From Minisyncoccia bacterium (lineage in GTDB: Bacteria; Patescibacteriota; Minisyncoccia; Phycocordibacterales; UBA9973), in assembly GCA_044228545.1 (NCBI GenBank), contig JBGAUR010000001.1, positions 450-64,449 of the forward strand: a DNA stretch of 64,000 nt, in the 5' to 3' direction. Both the position numbers and the translations under genes were made by a program. Position 1 is the first letter of the stretch, and every line of letters starts with the position of its first letter. Below the pieces are notes generated by a model. It did not search any database and was not told the DNA's origin. It saw only the letters and a program-made list of their open reading frames with translations. Shown here piece by piece: positions 38,179 through 47,536 of the stretch.

Positions 38179-38631
38179 TTATTTCTTTAAGGACCAGGAT
38201 GCATTGATCAAAATCCCAAACGATAATATTGGCTTACCTTGGAAGGTAGTGCCTAACTCAACAAACTCAAAGATTTTAATATTGCCAACCTTTTCCATTT
38301 TCTCAACACCTGCTCCCAGGTATTTACCTTTGGAATTCAAACTCTTAGCAAATACTCCATATACATCCCAATTTTTTTTCAAGAAATAGCCATTGAGTGA
38401 TACTAAAGAGTTATTACCGAAGCCGTACATAACCTTATGAAAGGTTTTTTCGGTGATAAATGTTACATCGGCAAGCAAATTCTGGTTTACAGTAAATGGT
38501 TTACCGCTTCCAGAGAAGGAAGTCTCTGCAACTGTGGCCAATACTGCTCCGGCGTTAACTTTTTTTATTAACTGAGCATTTATAAGTTTAGAAAATAAAG
38601 ATACGACAGCAATAAGGATAATCTTTTTCAT
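38179..38631 (-). CDS. Secreted protein resembling a small outer-membrane beta-barrel
   Basis: MKKIILIAVV..INA-Q signal; alternating amphipathic strands; ends ILINASWSLKK. Confidence 0.5.
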   Translation of the reverse strand: MKKIILIAVVSLFSKLINAQLIKKVNAGAVLATVAETSFSGSGKPFTVNQNLLADVTFITEKTFHKVMYGFGNNSLVSLNGYFLKKNWDVYGVFAKSLNSKGKYLGAGVEKMEKVGNIKIFEFVELGTTFQGKPILSFGILINASWSLKK

Positions 38632-38779
38632 TTTGTTTGATTTAAGGTTCTTTAATATTATTTGAACATATTCTGACACGAATTCTGTATTCTGTCATAT
38701 TTGTCGTCAAAAGATATAAAATTGCTATTTAAGCTATATTTTGTATAATATAAATGTTGTCAATTATTACGACAAATCT

Positions 38780-39529
38780 ATGAAAAACCCTAAATTATTG
38801 GGAACATTAAAAGATATTGGACTTGATGAGACAGAAGCACAAATCTACCTGACTTCCCTTTCATTAGGCCCAACTACAGTACTGAAGATCGCTCGCAGTA
38901 GTTATATCAAGCGCACGACGGTATATGGAGTTATTGAATCCTTGCAGAGCAAAGGTCTAATGCGAATTGAGTTAAAGGGACTGAAGCAACTATATGTGGC
39001 TGAAAACCCAGAGAAACTAGAGGCGATACTTGATAATAGGAAAAGAGAATTTAGCGCAAAATTGCCTGACTTTATGGCTCTTTATAAGCTAGAAGGTGGT
39101 GAAAGTACTATAAAATACTACACTGGGCTCAAAGCCATGAAACGTATATATCTGAGCACTCTAGATGAGGTAAAAAGTGGTGATGAATACCTTGTGATAA
39201 CCAACCAAGAAAAGTGGTTCCTCCTTGATCCAGACTTTTGGATGAAGGAGTATATAGAGGAAAGGGCGAAATTGCCTTGCAAAACAAGGCTAATATCCCA
39301 AAATTCCAATACCGCTCTAGAACATCAGAAGTTTGAAAGAAATTACAACGAAAAATTCAAGATTTTCGGAGAAAATGTTTCAATAAATATAGATATGGTG
39401 CTTATCCCGAACAAACTCATAATTGTTGACCTACTTCCACCTCTTACAACCCTTGTAATAGAAAATAAAAATATCATTGAACTCCAAAAACAACTTTTTG
39501 AAATTATCTGGAGCTCTATACCAGAATAG
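38780..39529 (+). CDS. TrmB-family transcriptional regulator
   Basis: GLDETEAQIYLTSL.LG, IKRTTVY..IESL..KGL, AENPE, KYYTG. Confidence 0.85.
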   Translation: MKNPKLLGTLKDIGLDETEAQIYLTSLSLGPTTVLKIARSSYIKRTTVYGVIESLQSKGLMRIELKGLKQLYVAENPEKLEAILDNRKREFSAKLPDFMALYKLEGGESTIKYYTGLKAMKRIYLSTLDEVKSGDEYLVITNQEKWFLLDPDFWMKEYIEERAKLPCKTRLISQNSNTALEHQKFERNYNEKFKIFGENVSINIDMVLIPNKLIIVDLLPPLTTLVIENKNIIELQKQLFEIIWSSIPE

Positions 39530-39687
39530 ATTGAGTATTTTGTCAATCCAGATGTGAAAGCTTGCGTGAAAATACCCTTGGTATATAATAGTATTACTCC
39601 TATTTTAAGGAACGCGTTTCAAAAACGGTCGAACATTATTCAGAAAAATTTTCACTTTTTCTCGCGAGATTGTGAAAAAACAAATAA

Positions 39688-39960
39688 ATGAATAAACAAG
39701 CATTAGTAGAATGGGTTCACGGCAAAATCGGCGGTACAAAAGTGCAAGCTGAAGAAGTTGTGAACGGAATGTTTGATGCTATCGTATCTACTTTGAAGAA
39801 AGGTGGCGAAGTATCAATCGCGGGAATTGGAATCTTCTCAGTCAAGCAACGCGCAGCTCGTATGGCTCGCAATCCAAAGACTGGTGAACAAGTCAAAGTC
39901 CCTGCGACAAAAGTGCCTAAGTTCCGAGCAGCGAAAGCTCTAAAAGACGCTGTAAAATAA
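39688..39960 (+). CDS. hup: DNA-binding protein HU
   Basis: MNKQAL, GIGIFSV..RAARMARNPKTGE, PKFRAAKALKDAV. Confidence 0.95.
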   Translation: MNKQALVEWVHGKIGGTKVQAEEVVNGMFDAIVSTLKKGGEVSIAGIGIFSVKQRAARMARNPKTGEQVKVPATKVPKFRAAKALKDAVK

Positions 39961-40072
39961 AATATTATACAGATTGAAGGACCACTCTATTCTATCCATG
40001 AGTGGTTTTTTAATGCGTGGTTAAGTGCTATGATTAAAAGAAACTTTAACCTGTACTCTTAAAAAAATAAAT

Positions 40073-41152
40073 ATGATAAAGATAACCACGGGCCAGGGCT
40101 CCCCTTTCTACAGCTCTTTAAAGACAAAAGTTTATTCCCACTTTGAAGAAAATGGAATCTCAATTAAGGGTAACTTGGTTCTGTTTATCAAAACAGGTAT
40201 CATTATAACCCTTGCAGTATTTCTTTATGTTTACCCTTACACCACACAAATGACTCTTTCAACCTATTTATGGTTTAGAGCAATGAGTGGAGTGGTTATG
40301 GGATTAGCCGGATTTAATATTGGCCACGATGGAGCTCATGGTAGCTACAGCAAAAACGAAGTTGTAAACGAAATCATGAGTTGGGTGTTTGACGCTTCGG
40401 GAGCCAGTAACTTCATGTGGAAAACAAAACATAATGTCATACATCATGGTGTAACCAACACACCAGAAGACGATGATGTAGACACTAATAGTGCTCTGCG
40501 TTTAGGCTTTTGGCAAAAATGGCGTTTTGTTTATATTTTTCAACCCTTTTATGCCTTTATCCTTTATGGAGTACTCCACTTCTTCTGGTTTGCTGTTAAA
40601 GATATCCATAAGTATTTTACTGGTAGAATTGGTGGTCGGAAAATAAAGCCGATGACAAAAAACCAGAAAATATTCTTTTGGGTTGGTAAATTTGTTTACT
40701 TATTCAAATCTTTAATCTTACCGATGATTGTGTTTGGCTCTGTAAAAGGTGGCCTTGGGTTTATCGTACTTGAATTTGTATGTGGATTTATCATAGCGAT
40801 TGTTTTCCAAATGGCACATGTTCAAAATAAAGCTATGTTTTATGTGGGTAACCCCAATATAAACATGGAATGGGCAGTGTTTCAATTAAAAACAACAGCA
40901 GACTTTGGGACATGGAATCCTATTTGGTTCCATTTATTTGGTGGACTTAACTTCCAAGTTGAGCATCACCTATTCCCAGATATCTCACATGTACATTATC
41001 GTAGAGTACGAAAAATACTTAAGCAACATTGTAGAGAGTTCAATGTGGAATACAATGAGTATAAAACATTCATAGGAGTGTTCATTGACCACATTTCATA
41101 TCTCTGCAAAATGGCCTGGGTTAAAAATCACCCACAACCAGCGGTTGTATAA
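40073..41152 (+). CDS. Acyl-CoA/membrane fatty acid desaturase
   Basis: His boxes HDGAH, HNVIHH, QVEHHLFP. Confidence 0.9.
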   Translation: MIKITTGQGSPFYSSLKTKVYSHFEENGISIKGNLVLFIKTGIIITLAVFLYVYPYTTQMTLSTYLWFRAMSGVVMGLAGFNIGHDGAHGSYSKNEVVNEIMSWVFDASGASNFMWKTKHNVIHHGVTNTPEDDDVDTNSALRLGFWQKWRFVYIFQPFYAFILYGVLHFFWFAVKDIHKYFTGRIGGRKIKPMTKNQKIFFWVGKFVYLFKSLILPMIVFGSVKGGLGFIVLEFVCGFIIAIVFQMAHVQNKAMFYVGNPNINMEWAVFQLKTTADFGTWNPIWFHLFGGLNFQVEHHLFPDISHVHYRRVRKILKQHCREFNVEYNEYKTFIGVFIDHISYLCKMAWVKNHPQPAVV

Positions 41153-41205
41153 TTATTGTATTACAGAAAATGGGACCGGATCACACAAGATCCGGTTTTT
41201 TTATT

Positions 41206-41955
41206 TTATTCTAAAAATGTAAGGAGAAGCATTAAACCAACTCCAACAATGACAGTAATTATTTGAAATATAGAATTATTATTTCCTTGGTGTTTGTGTA
41301 ATTCTGGAATTAGATCCGCAACTGCTATATATATAAATCCTCCAGCTGCAATTGGCAGTAGCCAGATTATTGAAGCCTCAGCTACAGAACCCAACACTAA
41401 TGCAACAATAACTCCTACTACAGATAGTAGAGCTGAAACAAAGTTCAACCACAGTGCTTTATTTTTTGAGTATCCTGAGTGTAATAAAACAGCAAAATCA
41501 CCAATCTCTTGAGGGATTTCGTGTAAAATAACTGCAATTGTAGTTGCGATACCAAGAGGTATGCTGACAAGGAAACTAGCTCCAATAATAACTCCGTCGA
41601 TTAGATTGTGAATCCCATCAGATACGAGAATCAACTTCCCTACTGGGTGTATTTCAGGATGTGCAGCATCTTCTCCGTGATGATGCCAGTGAAGGAACTT
41701 TTCTAATATAAAGAATACCAATATACCTGCTATAACTAAGGAGCTTACCAAAGCATTATCTGTTCCCTGTTCAAAGGCTTCAGGAATTATATGAATAAAA
41801 GCATCTCCAAGAAGCGCTCCAACAGCAAGACTTATAAAAATACCAATATATTTCTTCAAGGTTTCCTCTTTAAAAGAAAGAGTAAAAACTCCTACGAGTG
41901 ATATTAGGCTTATAAGTAGAACACTACCTACTGCATATAAATATGTTGTGATCAT
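41206..41955 (-). CDS. ZIP-family metal transporter
   Basis: HWHHH loop, DGIHNLIDG, HEIPQEIGDF, DLIPELH. Confidence 0.92.
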   Translation of the reverse strand: MITTYLYAVGSVLLISLISLVGVFTLSFKEETLKKYIGIFISLAVGALLGDAFIHIIPEAFEQGTDNALVSSLVIAGILVFFILEKFLHWHHHGEDAAHPEIHPVGKLILVSDGIHNLIDGVIIGASFLVSIPLGIATTIAVILHEIPQEIGDFAVLLHSGYSKNKALWLNFVSALLSVVGVIVALVLGSVAEASIIWLLPIAAGGFIYIAVADLIPELHKHQGNNNSIFQIITVIVGVGLMLLLTFLE

Positions 41956-41957
41956 TG

Positions 41958-42031
41958 TGGTGCGGGATAAGAGAATCGAACTCTTGCCAACAGTTTGGAA
42001 AACTGTAGTTCTACCACTAAACTAATCCCGC
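41958..42031 (-). tRNA. tRNA-Gly(TCC), CCA encoded
   Basis: GCGGGAT acceptor, ACAGT-TTTCCAA-ACTGT anticodon arm, GTTCGATTC, ends ACCA. Confidence 0.95.
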
Positions 42032-42048
42032 GATTTTACTGTAAAAAA

Positions 42049-42067
42049 ACTTGTCGGGGTGCCGGGA
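42049..42067. repeat. 19-bp direct repeat of the tRNA-Pro 3' end (att-like)
   Basis: ACTTGTCGGGGTGCCGGGA also at 42174-42192. Confidence 0.75.
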
Positions 42068-42178
42068 ATTTCTACCCTTACAGGGTCAGTATACTTTTTA
42101 AAATTTACTATCGTAAATATTTAAAAAGTCTTCGAATCCCGGACGCAAGCAAAGCAGTTTGCTTGCTCATCCGACTTG

Positions 42179-42251
42179 TCGGGGTGCCGGGATTCGAACC
42201 CGGAGTCGCCTGTTCCCAAAACAGGAATGTTAGCCGTTACACCACACCCCG
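42179..42251 (-). tRNA. tRNA-Pro(TGG), CCA not encoded
   Basis: CGGGGTG acceptor, CCTGT-TTTGGGA-ACAGG, GGTTCGAATCC. Confidence 0.95.
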
Positions 42252-42308
42252 AACCCGAAAAACACTCATCTATATTAGCATATTTTGCATAAAACACAAT
42301 TATAAAAT

Positions 42309-43955
42309 TTAAGCAATTTCTTTTAGATAACAACTCTCACAAGCAATTTTTTCATACCCCCAACTTTTTGGATAAAATGCATTTATATTTTTATTACAAT
42401 AAAAACAATTGTAAAATTCACTTTTACTTGGACTTGTAGTAATAAGACGCTCTTTCGTACGTACATCAAAGTGAACTCTTGGAATAGCAATCTGCATTTT
42501 CTTGAGAAAAGATAGTTCCGCTTCTGATATATTATATCTCCATCCAGTTACAGGACAAACTAAGGGTTGTTTACAAATACTTACATCAATAGCTTCAATT
42601 GATTCTGGTATATCTTTAGTATTCATACCTTCGACTTTTACTCCTTCACCTTCGTCCCAATATCCACCCTTTTCTAATACATACTCTCTTGTAACTTCTG
42701 GAAAATAAATCGCTGCAGTAGAAAAATTGTAAGGGCATAAACCAAGTGAGTATGGTGGAAATTTACCATATTCCCCCTTCTCTTTCATATCAGAAATTAT
42801 TTTTGATTTCAAAACTTCGTATTCTTCTTTTGTATACTGCTTATTTAAGATACAATACTTCTTCTTACGCAAACTAATACAACCGAAACAATAATCGATT
42901 TCGAGGCACTCGTCACAATACTCAGAATATCTTGCTCCATCACACCATATAGAATAATTCAGTTGGTACCCATTAGTGCAACAGCTATTATTACCAGATA
43001 GTTCAATTTTCCAACAACCGGTCAAATCTATACAATCTTTTGCCTCACGACCTCTTAAACAATCTACACAATTTTCAGATTCCTCCCAAAAGAAAACATT
43101 AGTACAACTTTTGCAGTCACTAAGATAACTACCAAAAGAATCATATGTTTTAATACTAAAATTCTCTCTATGAACGACTTGTTTCTTTAATATTTCTTGA
43201 TATTGGGAACGTAATTTTTCAAGATTTTTATTGGAAGAAAAATCAAATTCCTTAACTTTTTCTAAATACTCTTCTTTCGTATATTGAACATTTAAAATGC
43301 AATACGACTTCCCTCTTAGATTCCAACACATAAAGCAATTACTACAATTTCTACAATCAAAAAGGAAAGAACTATTTATGCAATCTCTACTATTTCTAGA
43401 GAAAAATAATTCATAGGAGTTAAAACAGTAAACGCAATCATAGCACTTTTCAAGATCAAACACATGTGATGTATCTATCGAGTCTTTTACCTTTACTGCC
43501 CTATATCCGTAAATAAGATCTTCGCAATGTGAAACCGAGCGACTCAAATAACAATTCTTAGATTCCCATGCATCATCACACCAATCACAATTTAGATTTT
43601 GTGCTCCTTGTTGGTGTGGGCGAGGAACTTTTTCTTGAAGTTCTTTTAATTGATCAATAAATGGCCGACTTGAATCGTAATCTTGTCCATATTCCATCGG
43701 ATCCCAAGCATCACTCCACCATTCTTTTGATGTATATATTGGATATCTTGGATTCTCTGGTAAAACAGTAATGAGCTTTTCCCCAGACAAATCAGACTTC
43801 CCTGTTCTAAATTTGCCAAACGGCCAAAAAGCCATATGTTGTTTCCATCTGCAATATACACAAATATCAGGCCCAACAATATCAACTTTATTATATAAAT
43901 CCCTTTCTATTGGAGTTATCTCAAAATTTGCTTTGCAATACAGACATTCTTTCAT
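42309..43955 (-). CDS. Cys-rich zinc-ribbon/repeat protein, paralog 2
   Basis: Same architecture: WWSDAWDP, LKELQEKVPRP, ILNKQYTKEEY, terminal CESCY. Confidence 0.75.
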   Translation of the reverse strand: MKECLYCKANFEITPIERDLYNKVDIVGPDICVYCRWKQHMAFWPFGKFRTGKSDLSGEKLITVLPENPRYPIYTSKEWWSDAWDPMEYGQDYDSSRPFIDQLKELQEKVPRPHQQGAQNLNCDWCDDAWESKNCYLSRSVSHCEDLIYGYRAVKVKDSIDTSHVFDLEKCYDCVYCFNSYELFFSRNSRDCINSSFLFDCRNCSNCFMCWNLRGKSYCILNVQYTKEEYLEKVKEFDFSSNKNLEKLRSQYQEILKKQVVHRENFSIKTYDSFGSYLSDCKSCTNVFFWEESENCVDCLRGREAKDCIDLTGCWKIELSGNNSCCTNGYQLNYSIWCDGARYSEYCDECLEIDYCFGCISLRKKKYCILNKQYTKEEYEVLKSKIISDMKEKGEYGKFPPYSLGLCPYNFSTAAIYFPEVTREYVLEKGGYWDEGEGVKVEGMNTKDIPESIEAIDVSICKQPLVCPVTGWRYNISEAELSFLKKMQIAIPRVHFDVRTKERLITTSPSKSEFYNCFYCNKNINAFYPKSWGYEKIACESCYLKEIA

Positions 43956-43982
43956 TTATAAAGTATAGCTTATATACAGTAT

Positions 43983-44387
43983 TTATAAAATAATATTTTC
44001 AATGGTTCTCACCCTTGCTGTTCTGGTTTTTAAGTCAATGTAAACTAACAACAGGTCAAACTGCCAAGATGTATTCCCTATTCTTTTATGAATCAAGTAA
44101 GTTTGGATTGTCCTTGATAGTCTTTTAAGCTTCCAAGGGTGCATATTTTCTTCTGGTCTTTTGATAAATGGGTTCTCGTCTTTAAAATCTGGCAAGGTTA
44201 CACATGAAACTGACTTTACTTCAAAAAAATAGAGCTTGTCATCTTTTTGAGCAATTATATCTATTTCACCCCATTTTTTAGTGTAGTTTCTTTCTAATAT
44301 TAGAAAGTCCTGTTTCATAAGAAACTTACAAGCTATATCCTCGCCCAATTGACCAATTTTTTGAGAATCTGAGGTGAATTTTTTCAT
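43983..44387 (-). CDS. YraN-family (UPF0102) PD-(D/E)xK nuclease-like protein
   Basis: GQLGEDIA, ERNY..KWGEIDII, FFEVK, QFD. Confidence 0.9.
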   Translation of the reverse strand: MKKFTSDSQKIGQLGEDIACKFLMKQDFLILERNYTKKWGEIDIIAQKDDKLYFFEVKSVSCVTLPDFKDENPFIKRPEENMHPWKLKRLSRTIQTYLIHKRIGNTSWQFDLLLVYIDLKTRTARVRTIENIIL

Positions 44388-44657
44388 ATGTTACATGTGT
44401 AACTTGATAATGTGTTTCACGTGAAACTTTTATATATTTATAGGACATAAAAAGGAAAAGACCCCTGTCTTTCAAAAATAACCTTATTATATAAGTCTTT
44501 TTATTACTTTATAGTAAATATTTATTTTGTCAGGAATTGTCTTTTATGAACAATGCCCACATACTTATCCACAAAATCTATAATTTAAAAGGGTTTTTAG
44601 TGTGTATAAAAGACTAATAAAGAACAGTGGACTTTAAGACACTTATAAAATATTTTG

Positions 44658-44728
44658 TGCGGGATAGGAGAATCGAACTCCTGTCTCATCCTTGGCAAGG
44701 ACGTGTTCTACCACTAAACCAATCCCGC
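44658..44728 (-). tRNA. tRNA-Gly(GCC), CCA not encoded
   Basis: GCGGGAT acceptor, CGTCC-TTGCCAA-GGATG, GTTCGATTC. Confidence 0.95.
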
Positions 44729-44866
44729 AAAATAAAATAACTCATAGATTATAACCATTTTTATCGATAATTGCAATTTGTAATTTTAGCCTTAATTTAT
44801 AAGGCTATTTACTAAATATCTGTTTTAGTATACAATGATTTAGTCGCAAATATAACCAAATAATTT

Positions 44867-44938
44867 GCACCCATGGTGAAATGGATATCACAACGGTCTT
44901 CGGAACCGTTATTGGGGGTTCGAATCCCTCTGGGTGCA
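44867..44938 (+). tRNA. tRNA-Arg(TCG), CCA not encoded
   Basis: GCACCCA/TGGGTGC acceptor, ACGGT-CTTCGGA-ACCGT, GGTTCGAATCC. Confidence 0.93.
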
Positions 44939-45040
44939 CAAAGTACGGGGTACTTTGTACAAGGCGGAGGCAGACGTGCCGAGCCAGGGTCGTGCAAGTT
45001 TTCAGCAGAAAACTATGCCTGACCACAGAAATCAACCCTC

Positions 45041-46540
45041 ATGAAACCACTAATCAATAAAAACTTAATTCCAGATTACGTTACACATGTAACAGAATCT
45101 CTTGAAAAAGCTGGTTTTGAAGCTTTTCTTGTGGGTGGTTGTGTAAGAGATCTCTTAATGGGTGGGACTCCTAAAGACTGGGATATAACCACAAACGCTA
45201 ATCCTGAGCAAATAATACCCTTATTTGAAAAGACTATATATGAAAATACATACGGCACAGTGGGGGTTTGTGTTCCACGTGAAACTAGAAGTGAGGTTAC
45301 ACAAGAAACACCTGAATATCACATTATAGAAGTCACCCCTTACAGAATCGAAGCAAAATATAGCGATTTCCGTCATCCGGACCAAGTAAAATATAGCGAT
45401 AACATAGAAGATGACCTTAAAAGACGTGATTTCACAATGAATGCTTTGGCTTATAGCATATCTAAAGGACACATTATTGACCTTTATAAAGGACAGGATG
45501 ATATTAAAGACAGGGTAGTAAGGGCTGTAGGGGAGGCAGGTGATAGATTTAACGAAGACGCACTTAGAATGTTAAGAGCTGTGCGATTTTCTACTCAGTT
45601 AGACTTTGCAATCGATTATGAAACAATGCAAGCAATTTCAGATAATGCGAGCCTAATCAAAAATATCTCTTTTGAGAGAATTCATGACGAATTTGTAAAA
45701 ATAATTGAATCAAAAAATCCAAGTGTTGGTATTGGTATGCTTTCAAAATTGGGACTTCTAAAACATATAATGCCAGAGCTAGAGGAGGGAATTGGATGCG
45801 ACCAAGGAGGAGCTCATATTTATGACGTTTTTGAACACTGTTTGCAAGCCCTAGAACACTCTGCTAATAAAGGTTTTTCAAAAGAAATTAGACTCTCTGC
45901 ACTATTTCATGACATTGGTAAACCTCGCACAAGACGACCAGGTGAGAAAAAAGCCTATACATTTTATGGTCACGAAGTAGTGGGGGCTCGTATGACAAAG
46001 ACAATAATGGAAAGGTTAAAGTTTCCAAAAAAAGAAACTGACTTTGTGGTGTCTATGGTTCGCAACCACATGTTCTTCTCAGATACTGAGCAAATCACAC
46101 TCTCAGCAGTAAGAAGGATGGTGGCAAAAGTCGGTAAAGAAAATATTTGGGATCTTATGAATATCCGTGAATGTGATAGGGTAGGGATGAAAAAAGTTGA
46201 AGCTCCTTACAGACTTCGAAAATACCACGCGATGATCGAAGAAGTTTTACGTGATCCTATCTCTGTCGGACAACTTGCGATAGATGGGAAAGTGTTAATG
46301 GGGGAGTTGAACATTAAACCTGGACCAAGAATGGGTTGGATTTTAAATGCTCTCCTTGAAGAAGTACTTGATGATCCGAAGAAAAATACAAAAGAATATT
46401 TATCTGAATTAGTTCAAAAATTGGATAAATTGGAAGATAAAGAGTTGAAAATACTAGGGGAAAGTGGTAAGGAGAAAAAAGAAAACCTAGAAGAAGAAGA
46501 AATAAAAAAACTCCACGCCAAGCATGGGGTAAAAAAATAA
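45041..46540 (+). CDS. cca: CCA tRNA nucleotidyltransferase with HD domain
   Basis: VGGCVRD, DWDIT, RRDFTMNA, EDALRMLRAVRF, HDIGKP. Confidence 0.88.
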   Translation: MKPLINKNLIPDYVTHVTESLEKAGFEAFLVGGCVRDLLMGGTPKDWDITTNANPEQIIPLFEKTIYENTYGTVGVCVPRETRSEVTQETPEYHIIEVTPYRIEAKYSDFRHPDQVKYSDNIEDDLKRRDFTMNALAYSISKGHIIDLYKGQDDIKDRVVRAVGEAGDRFNEDALRMLRAVRFSTQLDFAIDYETMQAISDNASLIKNISFERIHDEFVKIIESKNPSVGIGMLSKLGLLKHIMPELEEGIGCDQGGAHIYDVFEHCLQALEHSANKGFSKEIRLSALFHDIGKPRTRRPGEKKAYTFYGHEVVGARMTKTIMERLKFPKKETDFVVSMVRNHMFFSDTEQITLSAVRRMVAKVGKENIWDLMNIRECDRVGMKKVEAPYRLRKYHAMIEEVLRDPISVGQLAIDGKVLMGELNIKPGPRMGWILNALLEEVLDDPKKNTKEYLSELVQKLDKLEDKELKILGESGKEKKENLEEEEIKKLHAKHGVKK

Positions 46541-46588
46541 AGGGAGACCATTGGCCACCCTTTATGCATAGATTCCAAAGAACTTACA

Positions 46589-46738
46589 TTATTGTTCATC
46601 ACCATGTCCGTGGATAGACTCATCACTATTTTCGCCTTTTATAGCTTTGTCATTGTGATTAATCTCAGTCGTGGTAAGAGGAATAAGTAATGTTCCTTTT
46701 GGAATTGGTTTTTTAGTTTTTTTCTTTTGCTTGGCCAT
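46589..46738 (-). CDS. Small orphan ORF (49 aa)
   Basis: Own translation MAKQKKKTKKPIPKGTLLIPLTTTEINHNDKAIKGENSDESIHGHGDEQ; terminator-like hairpin at about 46538-46564. Confidence 0.35.
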   Translation of the reverse strand: MAKQKKKTKKPIPKGTLLIPLTTTEINHNDKAIKGENSDESIHGHGDEQ

Positions 46739-46809
46739 GGGCTGTAAGTTTATAGTTGTATGAAAAATTTACAAAAGAAAAGGATTATGTAAAACCTGAT
46801 AGATGATAC

Positions 46810-46911
46810 TTAATCCTTAGGAGTATAGGTTTTTACCTTAAAGATTAACCAGTATAGGAAAATCGAGGCTAAAACTATACAAACGCATCCGAGAACTTTT
46901 TGATAATCCAT
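46810..46911 (-). CDS. Small single-TM peptide (33 aa)
   Basis: MDYQKVLGCVCIVLASIFLYWLIFKVKTYTPKD; TGC-TAGTAT 8 nt upstream. Confidence 0.4.
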   Translation of the reverse strand: MDYQKVLGCVCIVLASIFLYWLIFKVKTYTPKD

Positions 46912-46980
46912 TTGTTTTGATACTAGCACATATTTCGTATATGTTATACTACTTTTATTAACACTAAAAATACCATAAAA

Positions 46981-47475
46981 ATGATTACAAAAGAACAATA
47001 CTTAGGAATACTAGGAAACGAATTTAGAATTATCAAACATTTAGCAGAAAAAATAAAACCAGAACAGCTTTCTCATAAACCAACAGAGCCTCAGAGAAAC
47101 ATGCAGGAGCTTATGACATATCTAACTCAGATATTTATATCTGGAGTGGAGGGGATAGTTAATGAAGACGGAAGTGCATATAAGAAATATCTTGGGGTAG
47201 GGGAACAAGCTACACTCGAGAATTTTGCAAGTATGCTGGATAAAGAATTTGCCGAGGTAGAAAAACTAATAAATTCTCTTTCCGAAGAAGATATGGGGAC
47301 TGAAGTAAACATGTGGGGAAGGAATCAAAGTAAAGCACTGCATTTGATGGGCATGCTCTCTATTGCTGCCGCATACAAAATGCAACTATTCCTTTATATG
47401 AAACAGTCTGGTACAGAGAATATTGGCACTATGAATCTTTGGGCTGGGATGGATCAACCACCAAAAGTATCTTAA
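46981..47475 (+). CDS. DinB/YfiT-like helical protein
   Basis: HKPTEPQRNMQEL, YKMQLFLYMK, NLWAGMD. Confidence 0.65.
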   Translation: MITKEQYLGILGNEFRIIKHLAEKIKPEQLSHKPTEPQRNMQELMTYLTQIFISGVEGIVNEDGSAYKKYLGVGEQATLENFASMLDKEFAEVEKLINSLSEEDMGTEVNMWGRNQSKALHLMGMLSIAAAYKMQLFLYMKQSGTENIGTMNLWAGMDQPPKVS

Positions 47476-47536
47476 ATAAAAAGAACCAACCGGGTTAGCA
47501 GTTGGAACTTAATGGGGTGGATTGAGAGGCATGCTT

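Larger units (their letters stand above)
44196..45310. other. Cluster of six parS-like 16-mers
   Basis: 44196 GGTTACACATGAAACT; 44389 TGTTACATGTGTAACT; 44413 TGTTTCACGTGAAACT; 45079 CGTTACACATGTAACA; 45271 TGTTCCACGTGAAACT; 45295 GGTTACACAAGAAACA; consensus TGTTNCACGTGAAACA. Confidence 0.75.
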
